Source: Leucoraja ocellata (Eukaryota). Taken from it: a stretch of 64,000 bases of DNA. The first letter of the stretch is position 1. The number at the start of each line of letters is the position of its first letter. A program made the translations under genes and the position numbers. The notes beneath the pieces were generated by a model, which was not told the origin of the DNA, ran no database searches, and saw only the letters and a program-made list of their open reading frames with translations. Where the stretch lies: NCBI GenBank assembly GCA_036785375.1, contig JAWMAR010000545.1:682001-746000 (forward strand). Direction: 5' to 3'. This document shows, in pieces, positions 1 to 12,929 of this stretch.

Positions 1-65
1 TCCACAATTTCTAGAGCCACTTCCTTAAGTACCCTGGGATGCAGACCATCAGGCCCTGGGGATTT
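1..65 (-). mobile_element. CR1-clade LINE ORF2 fragment (runs off window)
   Basis: Minus strand translates KSPGPDGLHPRVLKEVALEIV, the CR1 ORF2 motif upstream of the RT core. Confidence 0.8.
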
Positions 66-270
66 AAGGCCATTTGGCCCATCGAGTCTACTCTGCCATT
101 CAATCATGGCTGATCTCTTGCCTGCTATTCCCATTTCCTGCCTTCTGCCCATAACCCTTGATACCCGTTCTAATCAATAATTTGTCTAATTCTGCCTTAA
201 AAATATCAACTGACGACCTCTACAGCTCCCTGTGGCAATGCGTTTCACAGATTAACTACCCTCTGACTAA
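66..270 (-). mobile_element. CR1 LINE 3' end fragment
   Basis: Reverse complement resembles the CR1 3' UTR at 20690-20815 and 62100-62240 (gatcagccatgat...gaatggc...gggcc.aatggcct). Confidence 0.7.
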
Positions 271-447
271 AGAGGGTCTTAAATGAATAGTAGATATGGC
301 AATTCTACCATAGTGGGACAGTTCCTTGGTAGTGCATGTCTTAGACTGGATTACCTATACAGCGATGAGAATACTACCAAATGAGCCAATCCGACATTTG
401 AAATCTTAATACGGGTTCTCTTTCCACAGGCACTGCCTACTCTGCTG

Positions 448-577
448 TAAAATGCTGGAGAAACTCAGCGGAACGGGCAGCATCTCTGGGTAGAAGGAAT
501 GGGCGATGTTTCAGGTCGACATCCTTATTCAGACCAAAGGTCAGGGGAGAGGGAGACACAGAGATATGGAAGGGGTA
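448..577 (-). mobile_element. Penelope-derived short element with degenerate hammerhead core
   Basis: aaatgctggagaaactcagc...gtttcaggtcgacatccttattcag; same family as 54552-54813. Confidence 0.7.
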
Positions 578-589
578 CATTACCTGTCC

Positions 590-760
590 TTATCCTTCCA
601 ATGGGACGTTAGTTAGACAGGTACATGGATAGGACACGTTTGGATGGATATGGACCAAACACAGGCAGGTGGGACTAGTGTAGTTGGGATGTGTTGGCCG
701 GTGTGGGTAAGTTGGGCCGAAGGGCCCGTTTCCACACTGTATCACTCTATGACTATGACT
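590..760 (+). mobile_element. CR1 LINE 3' tail with (ctatga)n-like end
   Basis: ttagacaggtacatggatagg...gggccgaagggcccgtttccacactgtatcactctatgactatga. Confidence 0.7.
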
Positions 761-919
761 CCATGGCATATTTTCCAGAAGAATAAACACATCATTACTA
801 TTTATTTCTTAGATTAAGATAACAGTAAATACAAGACTTTATAGTAGATTTCAAAGGAAAATATTTTGGGCCAAAAGTGCTAATATACAATGCGTTTCAG
901 CTACTTTAAGTCAATTGGT

Positions 920-1013
920 TGGCAGACAAAAATGCTGGAGAAACTCAGCGGGTGAGGCAGCATTTATGGAGAGAAGGAATAGGTGACGTTTCGGATCGAG
1001 ACCCTTCTTCTGA
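920..1013 (-). mobile_element. Penelope-derived hammerhead element (single arm)
   Basis: Minus strand cagaagaagggtctcgatccgaaacgtcacc; flanked by direct repeat aattggt (913-919, 1014-1020). Confidence 0.75.
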
Positions 1014-1512
1014 AATTGGTGATAAATTAAATTGTTGCCTCGAGATGCTCAAATGAGTAGAACACAAAATGAGTCAACAAGTGGTAACAGGACCATGGGT
1101 TTATTTATTTTTCTCGTGCAGAGTTATGGGTACTTCTTTCCAATGAAGCATAATGAGCGATCCCTTAGGATGACATGGTTATGATGTAGATCTTTCACAG
1201 GTTATCTCAGTCTGGTGTGTGGCGCTGGTGAGTGTGATGTGCCTCATGTCAATGGGAGGTGACATTCAGTGGTACGGTTGGCCTGGAGAGAGGGCAGCTG
1301 TGGGGGGAAACTTCCCCAAGAGAAAACATGACAGGGTAAGCTTCTTGTGAATGGCAGGTGCTTCATTTGTCACTTTCTCCATCCTCGAGAGTAATGGCTT
1401 ATTCCGAATGGACAAATTATTCTGTGGATTGACAGACATGCATTGCTGGAGTAACTCAACGGGAGAGGCAGCATCTCTGGAGAGTAGGAATGGGTGGTGT
1501 TTTGAATCGAGA

Positions 1513-3613
1513 TATTGCGGTGCTGCTTCTTCCTGCCTACAGGCAGCAATTGAAGAGCGCATTCCCCTGGGGTGAGGACTGTACAGAGCTTGTCGGGGAG
1601 GCAGAGGAACAACTCCAGGACTGTTTAGAGTCTGTAGACTGGGCAATGTTCAGGGACTCGGCAACGGACCTGAATGAATACGCCACAGTCACTACAGACT
1701 TCATAAAGAAATGTGTGGAGGACTGCATCCCAACAAAAACCTTCCAAGTGTTTCCTAACCAGAAGCCTTGGATGAACCATGAGATCCGCACTCCTCTGAA
1801 GTCCAGATCCCAGGCATTCAGGTCTGGAGATACAGAGGTCTACAAGAAGTCCAGATACGACCTTGGTAAGGCCATCAAAAAGGCCAAAATGGACCTGCTC
1901 TAAGCTGGAGGATGAGATGGATATTTGGCAACTGTGGCAGGGCTTAAGTGCCATCACCTCTTACAAGGCGAAATCAGGAGGCAGCTCAAATGTCAGCGAA
2001 GCATCACTCCCTGACGAGCTCAATGCGTTTTATGCAAGCTTTGATAGGGAGAACACTGATGTGCCTTCCCGAACCCCCATTCGCTGTGATGGTATTTCAG
2101 TCACAGTCACAAAGGCCGACGTCAGAAGACCCTTCAGGGGGGTGAACCCTCGGAAAGCGTCTGGACCTGATGGTATACCCGGGCGTGTTCAAAAAACCTG
2201 TGCGGTTTTTATAGGCATTTTCAACATCACACTACTGAGGTCTGAGGTTCCCACCTGCTTTAAAAGGGCATCAATAATACCAGTGCCCAAGAAGAGTAAG
2301 GTGACGTGCCTCAATGACTATCGACCTGTGGCACTAACGCCTGTGGTGATGAAGTGCTTTGAGAGGTTGATTATGGCGCATATCAACTCCTACCTCGATA
2401 AGAACCTAGACCTACTGCAGTTCGCTTACCGCCACAACAGATCAACGGTGGATGCAATCTCACTGGCCCTCCACTCCGCTCTGGACCACTTGGACAACAA
2501 AAACTCATATGTCAGGCTGTTATTCGGCATTTAATACAATCATCCCCTCCAAGCTGGTTACCAAGCTCTCAGATCTGGGTCTCTGCGCATCCCTCTGCAA
2601 TTGGATCCTCGACTTCCTCATCAACAGGCCATAGTCTGTCCGTATTGGTGGAAATGTGTAATCTTCGATAACAATCAGCACGGGAGCACCTCAAGGCTGC
2701 GTGCTCAGCCCCCTGCTTTACTCACTCTATACTCATGACTGCGTGGCCGGATATAGTGCGAACTCCATCATCAAGTTCACCGACGACACCACTGTTGTTG
2801 GATGAATCACAGATGGTGATGATTCAGAGTATAGAAGTGAGATCGACCAATTGACCAAATGGTGCCAGCACAAAAACCTGGCTCTCAACACTAGCAAAAC
2901 CAAGGTACTGATTGTGGACTTTGAAAGGGGTAGGATAGGGACCCGCAATCCCGTTTATATGGTGGAAAGGGTCATGAACTTCAAATTCCTGGGCGTGCAT
3001 ATTTCCGAAGATCTTTCCTGGTCTCAGCACACTGATGCAATCATAAGGAAGGCACATCAGCGCCTCTACTTCCTGAGAAGATTATGGAGAGTTGGTATGT
3101 CAAGGAGGACTCTCTCGAACTTCTACAGGTGCACAGTAGAGAGCATGCTGGCCGGTTGCATCGTGGCTTGGTTCGGCAACTTGAGCGTCCAGGAGCGGAA
3201 AAGGCTGCAAAAAGTTGTAACCACTGCCCAGTCCATCATCGGCTCTGACCTCTCTACCATCGAGGGGATCTATCGCAGTAGCTGCCTCAAAAAGGCTGCT
3301 GACATCATCAAAGACCCACACCACTCATCTCTCCGCTGCCATCAGGTAGAAGGTACAGGAGCCTGAAATCTGCAACATCCAGGTTCAGGAACAGCTTCTT
3401 CTCCACAGCCATCAGGCTATTAAACACAACTTCAAACAAACTCTGAACTATAACAGCCTATTGCACTTTATATATATATATATATATATTCTATGGTATA
3501 TGGACACACTGATCTGTTCTGTATTTATGCCTACAATATTCTATGGTGCTGCAGCAAGCAAGAATTTCATTGTCCTATCTGGGACACATGACAATAAAGT
3601 CTCTTGACTTGAC
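1513..3613 (+). mobile_element. Rex1/Babar-clade LINE, 5'-truncated, frameshifted RT pseudogene
   Basis: ORF pieces 1490-1903, 1863-2534 and 2851-3366 contain [59 protein letters not shown] and KAHQRLYFLRRL. Sequence between them encodes GAPQGCVLSPLLYSLYT and KFTDD. 3' UTR ends gaatttcattgt...acaataaag followed by (cttga)n. Confidence 0.92.
3469..3488. repeat. (TA)n microsatellite in the Rex1 3' UTR
   Basis: Direct reading. Confidence 0.9.
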
Positions 3614-5020
3614 TTCTTCAGAAGTCTGAAGTCTGAAGAAGGTTCTTGACCTGAAACGTCACCCATTTCTTCTCTCCAGAGCCCACTGAGCTAGTCCAGC
3701 ATTTTGTGTCTATCTTCGCAATAAACCAGCATATGAAGTTTCTTGCTTCACAAATTATTCTGTAGACTGGCTTTGTGAACACCTGTGGTGGAATCCTGCG
3801 ACTAAACGTAACAGGTAACATTGCTGTTCATAACCTGTCCCAGACAAGACATGCTATCACTCCGCAATTGGTTACAGAACAGACATGCATTATTAATATG
3901 ATTTGTTATGTGGGCAACCATTACCACACACCACTCACTTCTTGATTAAGAAATCAAGGTGAAAGTTTGACAGAGGACATTTGCACACAAACACACAGCA
4001 TGTTGAATGAAGATTTCCCTCTCCAGGCATTGAACTGTTTAAAAAGGAATGTGTAATCTAGCAGAGAAAGGTACACCAGCCAAAGCATTAAACATGTGTA
4101 CACCAGAATCCCACAGTGTCACTTCAGGGCTGTTCTTTTAATAAAATGAAGAAACTCTGGAGGGATTGATGCCATGACAAACCAGAAAAAAACTCATACT
4201 CAAACAAATAAAGTAATCTAATTCAAAGAAAAATCCACCAGTACGTGATGCAAGCCAAACATTTTTATTGTCATCGGTACGTTCACCGCCAGCCATATAG
4301 GGCGACCCCTCTTGAAAGTGAAGGGGAGCCAGTTACTGCTGCAGTTGGTTTGTTTGCCTGCACAGCTGCCTCACAGGGGACGATGAACTATGACCTGCAT
4401 TTGTGTGCTACTCTGAACTGACTTATCTCATGGAATGGAGATCAATGAATTATTAACAGGACAGTGGTGCCCCCATCTACAGGAAGTGAAAACATGTTGT
4501 GTTTGTACCCAAAGTCCTTATCCTCTGTATCCCGCCCCCTCACCACCAGTCCCCCCCTCGGGTGAAAGTGTCTGCGTTACTTGGCACATGGACCATCTTG
4601 ATTTAGTCTGAACGCAGTAAGATCACATGGCTGTAAAGTTTACAGCAAGAACTGAATAAGAAACATTTGATAAAAGCTTGCCAGACGCATACCAAAAATA
4701 AAAGTTATACAGAGCAGAGGCTGTGTTATGACGGTTCTAAATCTACCATAATCCCCAGAGGAACTTGCCAAATTAAATGCCCCAGTATCCTTCTTCCTTG
4801 TGTCAGTTGTTCCTTCCCATGCTTTATAAGGAGCTGTTTCATCAGATGGATCAAGAACGCTGGGCAAAACTTTCCCATGCCACTATCCCTCAGAATATGT
4901 TCACAGTGCACTGTTTACAATGGACAGCACTAATGGCAGATTTGTTTTAATTTCCACTGCTTTGTGTTTAAAGTTAACTATCACCCACAGGCAGTCTTTT
5001 CATGCCTTATTGTCTGGGTG

Positions 5021-5272
5021 TGTCGGACCCATTCACACGAAGACGCGAACACGCAGATTCACAAAGCATCTTAAATGTTTACTATTCTATAAAGCAGCCC
5101 TAAAGAGAGCTACAGTAAGTAGTCTGAACAATGAGAAACAAGGCAGGCAGCGTGCCAGCGTGGGCCTCCTGCCAAGCCACATATCATTAGCCTAGGCTCG
5201 CTATAAGCAAGGAAATGAGAAACACATGTTGGGGAGCTGGGGTGAGCCATACGGGACTCCGGGTCACCGACA
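5021..5272 (-). mobile_element. Probable solo LTR
   Basis: Begins TGTCGG and ends CCGACA (6-bp terminal inverted repeat, TG..CA). About 250 bp, CpG-richer than flanks, AGTAAA polyA-like signal on minus. No clean TSD. Confidence 0.5.
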
Positions 5273-6823
5273 GTCATCCTAAAGCTTTCCCTTCCTCTGC
5301 CTCTGCCCATTGATGTCAAATGTCAATGTGATTGTCTAAAGTTCTCAGGGATTTTTTTTTAAAGTGACTCTTGAGTTATGATTTTCACAGTTATGGGAAA
5401 ATAACAACCTTGTTCTCTGTTATGCTTTATAAATTCCTCGCCACTCCTTCAAATAACATGTGTAAGTGAGGCTGGAATGCTTGAGAGGGACTTGGATTCT
5501 TATGTGAGGCGTTCTGTACTTTTTAAATATAATCAGCTCTGCCTCATCATTAAGTTACACAGTAGGCTCTTTTTCCTCGCACTATGTTTTGTACAGGCCA
5601 CAACATGCAGTTTTGCGATGTTTTTCTGTGTGTTAATTTTGGCCTGCCTGAATACAGTCAGCAAAGATGTATCTAATAACAGTGCTTGCTTTATTTCCTT
5701 CTAAAGCTGGATTCTATTGACATTTGACCTTTCAAGCATTCCATAGATAGTGCAAGAACATGATAATTACTGACTGGTGGTGAGAAAATCAAACGGAAAG
5801 GGCCCAGCTTTCCACTAACTGTTCTAAATATCCCATTAAGCGCGGTGATATAAATCACTGAACATATTTAACAATAACACGGATTTTGCATTGAGCAGTC
5901 TTCCCTTCATGTGTGTGTCCATGATCAGCATATTAATAATGTCCCGACCAACAAACATTACTTTGAAGTCTGAGCCATTTTTGGCATGACTAAATCATCA
6001 CTAGGAATGAGCAAGAAATAAGATTCACCTAGCAAACCATGGAGGGCCTCTGAGTGAAAATGCTATTTGTGTTCCCTCCCCCGCCCCCACCCCTCCTCTC
6101 ATCATTTTTGTTGTGATCAATTATTTTTTTGAATAAATTCCAGTTCAAAATGAGAAGACAAATTTTAAAATTCAATCTGAAAGAAAAGTGGATTAAGGGC
6201 CATATTTCCCCACCCTTCAATGGTTGAAGCAATTACACTTGGTCGGAATATCCTGGTAAAGTCAATATTACTTTCGCAAACATTCATTAACACAATAGAA
6301 ACTTAATTCCCTGTCTATACAGTTCGTGTTCAGTCCTGCCAAGTTGTACTTAAGGCACGGTGTCCATGTTTTTCCTCTCTATCCTCCAAAAAAACAATTC
6401 ATTATTCAATAAGTAGCTGGTGGGTAGGGACTGAACACCTGTCTATGCTGACACACAGTGTAGTAAGTAAACACCGTTTAGCAAAATGTCCTCTCTTGCA
6501 GTCATTAAGCACCAGGCTTCAGATAATTGGTCACACATCATGAAATGGATGCCCTGATGGCAAAGTGTGAAAGATACCAGGCTTCATGAAGAAATTACAA
6601 ATAGACTATTGTTCTTCCACTTTTGATCATTTTCCCTTCCTCTGTCAAGTTGAAACACAGATAGTACAGTCATTACAAATTTCTGACAAGAATGCTGGGT
6701 AAAGCAATGATTTATGATGATTTTGTAACTAAGTGGATAAAGATGACTCTATTTGTCAGGTTGACGTGTTTAGTGCACCATCTAGCCTGAATCAAATTGA
6801 TTCAGTTAAACACGATAGTCTAT

Positions 6824-7040
6824 GGGGACTGGGTGGTGCAGTGGGTTCGTTTGCAGCATGCTCAGCTCTGGTACTTGGTTTCAAATCCAGCACAGACTCA
6901 TCGGATACAAGTGTCTTTCCCCTGGTGACTTTAGAGGAGCAATGCAAGGTACGTTTGGACAGAACCTGCTTCTTATAAATGATGGCGTGTAGAACAGAGT
7001 CTCCAGATCAGCCTGTGTGGGAAATGGAAGGAAAGAGGGT
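6824..7040 (+). mobile_element. Old tRNA-derived SINE relic (LF-SINE-like head)
   Basis: ggggactgggtggtgcagtggg (A-box-like) ... ggtttcaaatcc (B-box-like); body degraded. Confidence 0.35.
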
Positions 7041-7759
7041 CATTGTTCAACAATTAGCTACCCATGCAGCAAAGAGTGTACATGTTAGGTTAAGTTTGGG
7101 GTCAGCTTAGTTAAAAAGGGCTTCTCCTAAAGTCAAACAGTTGTTGACAATCATTGTATTAATGCATTCATGAAGGGCTCCACTTGGGATGGCAGGAGGT
7201 AGTGTTTAAGGATACATTCTCACCTATAAGTCACTTACTTTGGAATAGAAAACAAATGGCAGCAAAAATCTGCTCTGCACCAGAATACAATGTGACAGGA
7301 TTCACAATCTGGAGGTTTCAAATCATGGACTTACCGTCAGACCTAACAAATGGAAGAGGTCTTTGTCAGCAGTGCAGGATGCACAAAAAGTTTGCATGAC
7401 TATTATTTGCATTTGAATAGTGCTTGTCACCTCCTGAGGATTTCACATAAGGTTTCAAATAACTAATAAATCATTTTGAAGTCAAGTTGCTGCTGCTGCT
7501 GGCTGTTGAATGTTGAATGTTCTTCACTGTTTCTATTGTCTCAATAATTTACAGTCCCTGCTCTCAATGCTATCACCGAGTAAGCCTCCATCCTTATTCA
7601 GACCATCGCTACTGATCAGCAACTCAACTGAACCAGCCATATCCACACTGTGGCATCAAGAGCAGACCAGAAGCTGGACGTTCAGAAATGGTTAATTCAC
7701 CTGCTGATTTTTTCCCCAAACCTCCTCTGCCAAATGCCCGAGGCAGCAGTCTGATAAAA

Positions 7760-8190
7760 ATACTCCCCACTTGCCTGGCTTGGTGCCACAGGGACCAAAT
7801 CCACAAAGTGTAACATAATTCAGGACAAAGCACCTGAATAGTCGGCACCTAAGAATTAATTCCAGGTATCACGTTCACATTGCGGCTGCAGTGCGTACAA
7901 ACTGGGTGACGTTGACTCACCAAGGCTACTTTGACAGCATTTCCCAATTCCACCACCTCAACCACGAAGAAAGACAAAGACAGTTGGCCACACCACCACT
8001 TGCTGGTTCCCCTTCACTTCACACACGTTGAGATGCTGGAACACCCCCATCCAACCGCATTGAGAGATTCTTCCCCACATGGAACACAGCAGTTGAAGAG
8101 GTGGCTCACCAGCGCCTCCTGAAGGACAATCAGGGATGGACAATAAGTGTTAGCCATGCCAGTGATGCTGGCTCCCCACGTATGAACAAG
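7760..8190 (+). mobile_element. Degraded CR1/L2-superclade LINE 3' end
   Basis: caggacaaagca...cagcagttgaagaggtggctcacca...agggatggacaataagtg...gccagtgatgc, recognised from memory as a shark/ray LINE tail. Confidence 0.55.
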
Positions 8191-8969
8191 TAATAATAGC
8201 CTTGTGATTGAGCAGGTGCCTGTCAATGTTATACTACGATTGACCACAAGGTGGTGCAGGAAAGTGACCAATGGTGTCTTGATGCTTGGCTACGTTGCCT
8301 GATTGGGCTGGTGTGTTGACTTGATTGAATGTCATCGAATGGATAGGTTGAATTCGCAGTCACACTGCATGGTGAATTGAAGATTTCTATTGAGCCAATT
8401 TATTTCACCAGATAATTGGCAGTTGCACTATTACATGGTGTCCTCTTAAAACAAAATTAATTGCAGCATGGTTTGTTTTATAATATTAAAACATTTAACC
8501 ATGAGATATTAAAAAGAAAGCAAGCCATTTGGTTATCTTAGCAATTACGAGGTCTTCTACTTAAATGCCACATTGGAAATCTGGAAAATTATGAGTCAGG
8601 ACAAGAAAATTACAATCAGCTAGTTATAAAAGCCCAACTAATGTCTCTTAAAGTTAGGATCTTCCATTACTTCCAGATCGGATCGAAATATGAACCCAAT
8701 ACATGGTTGGCTCCTGTTGCTAAAGGGTCTTTATTGGTCATTGTAATAAAGATGGCCGTATACATTGTCCATCCCTGACTGCAATAGGGTCAATGTCTTA
8801 TTTGAAAAAATCTCAACAATTTCAGATATCCAGTTGGGCCAGAGACCACATTTGCTGGTCTGGACCAATTGTTTACCACCAAAAAACAAAATTGATATAA
8901 TATCAAATACAAAAGCCATCATTTCAACCTATGTGTGACTTGCTTGCAAAGGCAAACCTGCTGTAACGT

Positions 8970-9045
8970 ATTCAGATTCAGATTCAGATTCAATTTTAAT
9001 TGTCATTGTCAGTGTACAGTACAGAGACAACGAAATGCATTATAC
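8970..9045 (-). mobile_element. Very short Rex1-type 3' tail with (tgaatc)n
   Basis: Minus strand atttcgttgtctctgtactgtacactgacaatgacaattaaaa + (tgaatc)3, same layout as the Rex1 end at ~3560-3613. Confidence 0.55.
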
Positions 9046-9294
9046 ACAAAATGACATGAAAAATACTTATTCCTTAACATTCACTCTCCACCCCACCCCA
9101 CCCCACAACAGCAGAGACTCGTGTAGCATCTATAGTTCTTTGTGGGCCTCTAGTTGACCAATACAGATACAATACAGATTTAATTCCTTCCCTTGTTCTC
9201 ACCATCACAGAGAATATTGGTGTCACCAAAAATCTCTTTTCAGATAAGGCAGATTGAAGGACCATCATGAAATGTTAGCTTGATAAATGTGGAA

Positions 9295-9510
9295 TTCACA
9301 AAACACTTGGTCGGCTGCATTTGGAATATTGTGTGCCGTTTTGGTTACCACGCAATGGGAAGGATATCATTGAGCTGTAGAAGACTGGGAAGGAGATTCA
9401 AACGGATGATGCTTGGATTGGAGTACTTTAGATAATGGGAGCGAACGGCTGGGGTGGGCTTGATATACTGGGGTGACAGATGCTGAAAGGTGATCTGATA
9501 GAGGTATCAT
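9295..9510 (+). mobile_element. Degraded CR1 ORF2 C-terminal fragment
   Basis: ttggtcggctgcatttggaatattgtgtgccgttttgg resembles LVRPHLEYCVQFW. Confidence 0.7.
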
Positions 9511-10110
9511 ACAGAGAGTCGTACAGTGGGGAAAGAGGCCCTTTTGCCAACTTGTCCATGCTGACCAAATGGTTTAAGCTAGTCCCATTTGCCTGCATTT
9601 GGACCATATCCCTCTAAATCTATTCAATCCATGGCCTTTCCAAGTGTCTTTAAAATGTTGTTATTGTATCTGCCTCAACTATCTTCTCTGCCACCTCATT
9701 CCATATACCCACCATTTTCTGAGTGAAAGAAATTCCCCCTCAGGATCTTATTAATATAATCCTCTCTTACCTTAAACCTATGTCATCTTGTTCTTGATTC
9801 CCCTACACTTGGTAAAATAATCTGTTCATTCATCCTATCAATTTCCCTTCATGGATGTATACACCTCTGCAAGATCACCCCTTTAGTCTCTTGCACGCCA
9901 AGGAATAAAGTCCTAATTTGCCCATCCTCTCCCTACAGCTCAGACCTTCTAGTCTTTGCAGCATCCTCATAAATCCTCTCTCCACTCTTTCCCAAAGATT
10001 CTAGAGTAGCTTCCCCTAGTATCTTTGCTCTTTCCAGCTTAATGACAGTCTTCCTATAACAAGGAGCCCAATACTGAACACAATACTCCAAATGCGGCCT
10101 TAGCAACATC
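9510..10110 (-). mobile_element. CR1 LINE 3' fragment
   Basis: ORF 9933-10118(-) LLRPHLEYCVQYWAP; continues through an LRGDL-like region into the 3' UTR. Confidence 0.8.
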
Positions 10111-10118
10111 TGGAGCAA

Positions 10119-10388
10119 CTTTAGACTTTAAAGATACTGCGTGGAACCAGGCCCTTCGGCCCACCAAATCTGCATCGACCAGCGATTACACTAGCACTAT
10201 CCTGCACACTAGGAACAATTTATAATTTTTAGAAGCTAATCACCCTACAAAATTGCACTGATTTGGAGTGTGGGAGAAAATTGGAGCACCGAGAGAAACC
10301 CACTCGGTCACAGAGAGAGCGTACAAACTCTACAGACTGTTATCAGTGGCTGTAAGGCAGCAACTCTACCGCTGTGCCACTGTGCCAT
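10119..10388 (-). mobile_element. HE1-type tRNA-derived V-SINE
   Basis: Minus strand ggcacagtggcacagcggtagagttgctgccttacagc head, V-domain ggtgctcc..tttctcccac, CR1-like tail with (ctaaag)n. Confidence 0.85.
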
Positions 10389-10399
10389 CTATATAAATG

Positions 10400-10795
10400 C
10401 TATATAACATTTTCAGAGGCATTGATAAGCCATAGATAAAATTGTACTACCATGGTAGAAGTATCAAAGACAAGGTGGATAGTTATATTGTAATGATAAC
10501 AAGGGTCTGCAAATGCTGGTTATCACCAAAGATATAGCAAACGTATTATGGAATAGTTTTAAAGGAGATCTGAGGAATATGTTTTTTTAAACAGAGAGTT
10601 TGATATCCGGAGTGCGCTGCCAGAGGAGGTAGTGGAATCAAATACAGTTACTATGAAGAGACATTTAGACAGATACCGAAAAAGGCAAGGCAAAGGATAC
10701 AGTATTAATGCAGGAAAATTAGTGGCGATGGGCAAAAAGGTCAGTGTGGACGTGATGGGCCCAAGGGCCCATATCGTTACCATAAAACACAATGA
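10400..10795 (+). mobile_element. Degraded CR1 3' end
   Basis: tttaaaggagatctgagg...acagagagt...ctgccagaggaggtagtgga...catttagacagatac...gggcccaagggcc. Confidence 0.65.
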
Positions 10796-11112
10796 CTCTT
10801 TGCTGGCGTGAAAACTCCCGTGAAGAACTTAATCCAGTTGTCATGTAAATAGCCCGTGCCCGGACTGTTGCATGTTCAATGCCGCTTTAGAATGCGAGTT
10901 GCTGGTTCATGAATACACATGACCACAGGTTTTGCAAGCACGTAATTTTGTTCAATATTGGAGATAAAGCCTGAGAAGAAAATTAACCGGAACCAGAAAT
11001 AGCCGGTATCATTCGGAAGATTGAGTCTGGAAGCTCTCACGCCAGATGTATTATGGAGGCAGGGCTGAGAATCATCAACAATTGAGCACAGATTTTGAGG
11101 CAGAAACCTTTA

Positions 11113-11646
11113 AGTCCCACTTGGGTGCCTAATCCGCGTGTTCTAGCGAGTTTGCCCTCGACTCATACTCGCAGCATGGTCGACATGAGGTCATAGGAGG
11201 TCTTCGTAACTCTCCTTCATGCTCGAGAGTGGTCTCCACGTACTCGAGGCCTCAGCTAGGTTCGGCGTTTTCTTTCAATACGTTAAAAAATGCCCGCGAC
11301 TAAAAAAAAGGTCGCCATGGAAAAAATCTATACTTTTTTTACTCGTAGGTTTAGTCGTAGCTGGTCATACTAGGTCGGCATGTTAGTCGTAGGTAATCGA
11401 GGGTAGTCGAAGATAGTCGGTGGTAATCGTAAATAGTCTTCATCATAGTCGGAGGGAGGTCGAAGGAGATCGAAGGAGGTCGGCTTCACTCTCCACTATT
11501 CGGTGTCCAATTTTCCCGAAGTTAGTCGAAGCTAGTCGAAGCTGGTCTTCAACATGGTTGAAGGAGGTTGAAGGAGGTCTTCAACATGTCATTTTTTCAA
11601 ACAATTCTAAACTCGCCAATTAGATCGCCCAAGTGGGACAGCCCCT
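11113..11646. mobile_element. PIF/Harbinger-type MITE, type A
   Basis: Right TIR gtgggacagcccct; left TIR partly deleted (ag..tcccacttggg); TTA on both flanks. Internal sequence homologous to 51558-52096. Confidence 0.8.
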
Positions 11647-11659
11647 TTAAAATGAGGTG

Positions 11660-11790
11660 AGTAGGGAAAGAACTGCAGAGGCTGGTTTAAACTGAAGAAA
11701 GACACAAAATGCTGGAGTAACTTAGCGGGACAGGCAGCATATCTGGAGAGAAGGAATGGGTGAAGTTTCTGGTCGAGACCCTTCCAAGGG
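11660..11790 (-). mobile_element. Penelope-derived hammerhead element
   Basis: Family arm sequence; flanked by ctttaaaatgaggt (11645-11658) and ctttaaagtgaggt (11792-11805). Confidence 0.75.
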
Positions 11791-12929
11791 TCTTTAAAGT
11801 GAGGTATTGGGCTCGAGTTAATTCACCAAATTTGGATGAGACCATTTGTGGTTAATTGCCAAATAAATTATCTAAACCTCAGCTTCAAAGAAAAAAAATA
11901 TTTATTTGATAGGAACTTTGTGGAATTTGTCTAATGACTGTTGCCCTTTAGGAGGGTTTATTTCCTTCTGGCAGCTATTTTGAGAAAAGGTGGGTGTTTC
12001 CTGGTGTGTGCATAAATTGCCTTTATTTGACAATTCCTGTCACAGTATTTATGGTGTTGGCAAACCTTAGAGTTTAGAAAGAGGACGGCTCGACGTCCTT
12101 TATGTAATTATACAAAATACTGAGATTAGGACCCAGAATTACAGCAGGCTTCAAAATGCCAATAAATGGAGCAAGTTAGTGCCAGAAATTACAATGTTCT
12201 GAAGGAGCTTGGCTGCATGGGAAATAGATTTAATTCCTTCAGTCTCTATCTACTTCAGTGACTTTTGAACAATAACGCTATTGATTGTGGTTCTGTGTTC
12301 TGTAATAAAAACAATTAAATACTGGATGTTTCCAGAGCTTGCTTGACAACAAGTGCACGTGCCATTGAAGGTTCATGGTTCACTGGTCTACACAAGTCGT
12401 CATAACATTTGTGGGATGTACATTGCAGGCTGGTGACTCTATAAGAGTGATCAGTTGCTTTCCACGTTGTTCGATTTTGTTTGGTGTGAAACTTGCCATA
12501 GAACCCGTCTCTGTAGAGAGACAGCCACAGTAAGAAGCCTTGACACTGAAAGCTTTTCATTATTTAATAGAGCATCCAGCTTGTTAGTTTGAATCAACAA
12601 TTGCTGTTCGGCATCTCAGAGAGAGGGAAAGGATGCTGAGAAGTAGTGTCAGAGATGCAGGTTGATGAAACTGCGGAATTTTGATGCTGTGCCTGAATTG
12701 GAATAAAGAATTATAGGTGTGATCCTCCCAAAACTGTGACAACATGCAGATGTGCAGGGACCACACGGAGCTGTGTGATTCAGTTGAAACGAAACACGCT
12801 GGAGTGAGTAACACTGCCTGAGCTGTTAGATTTCCAGGTATATAATTGTCTAGAGACCAGCGACAGTGGAAGAAAGATTTTGCGCCACATATTGTCAAGA
12901 GTAAATAAAACAGAGCAGACTAAATGAAT

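Larger units (their letters stand above)
1432..3749. mobile_element. Palindromic Penelope-derived hammerhead element split by a Rex1 LINE
   Basis: Left arm ~1432-1512, remainder ~3614-3749 (ctgaagaaggttcttgacctgaaacgtcacc). Flanked by acaaattattctgtggattg (1412-1431) and acaaattattctgtagactg (3750-3769). Confidence 0.8.
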
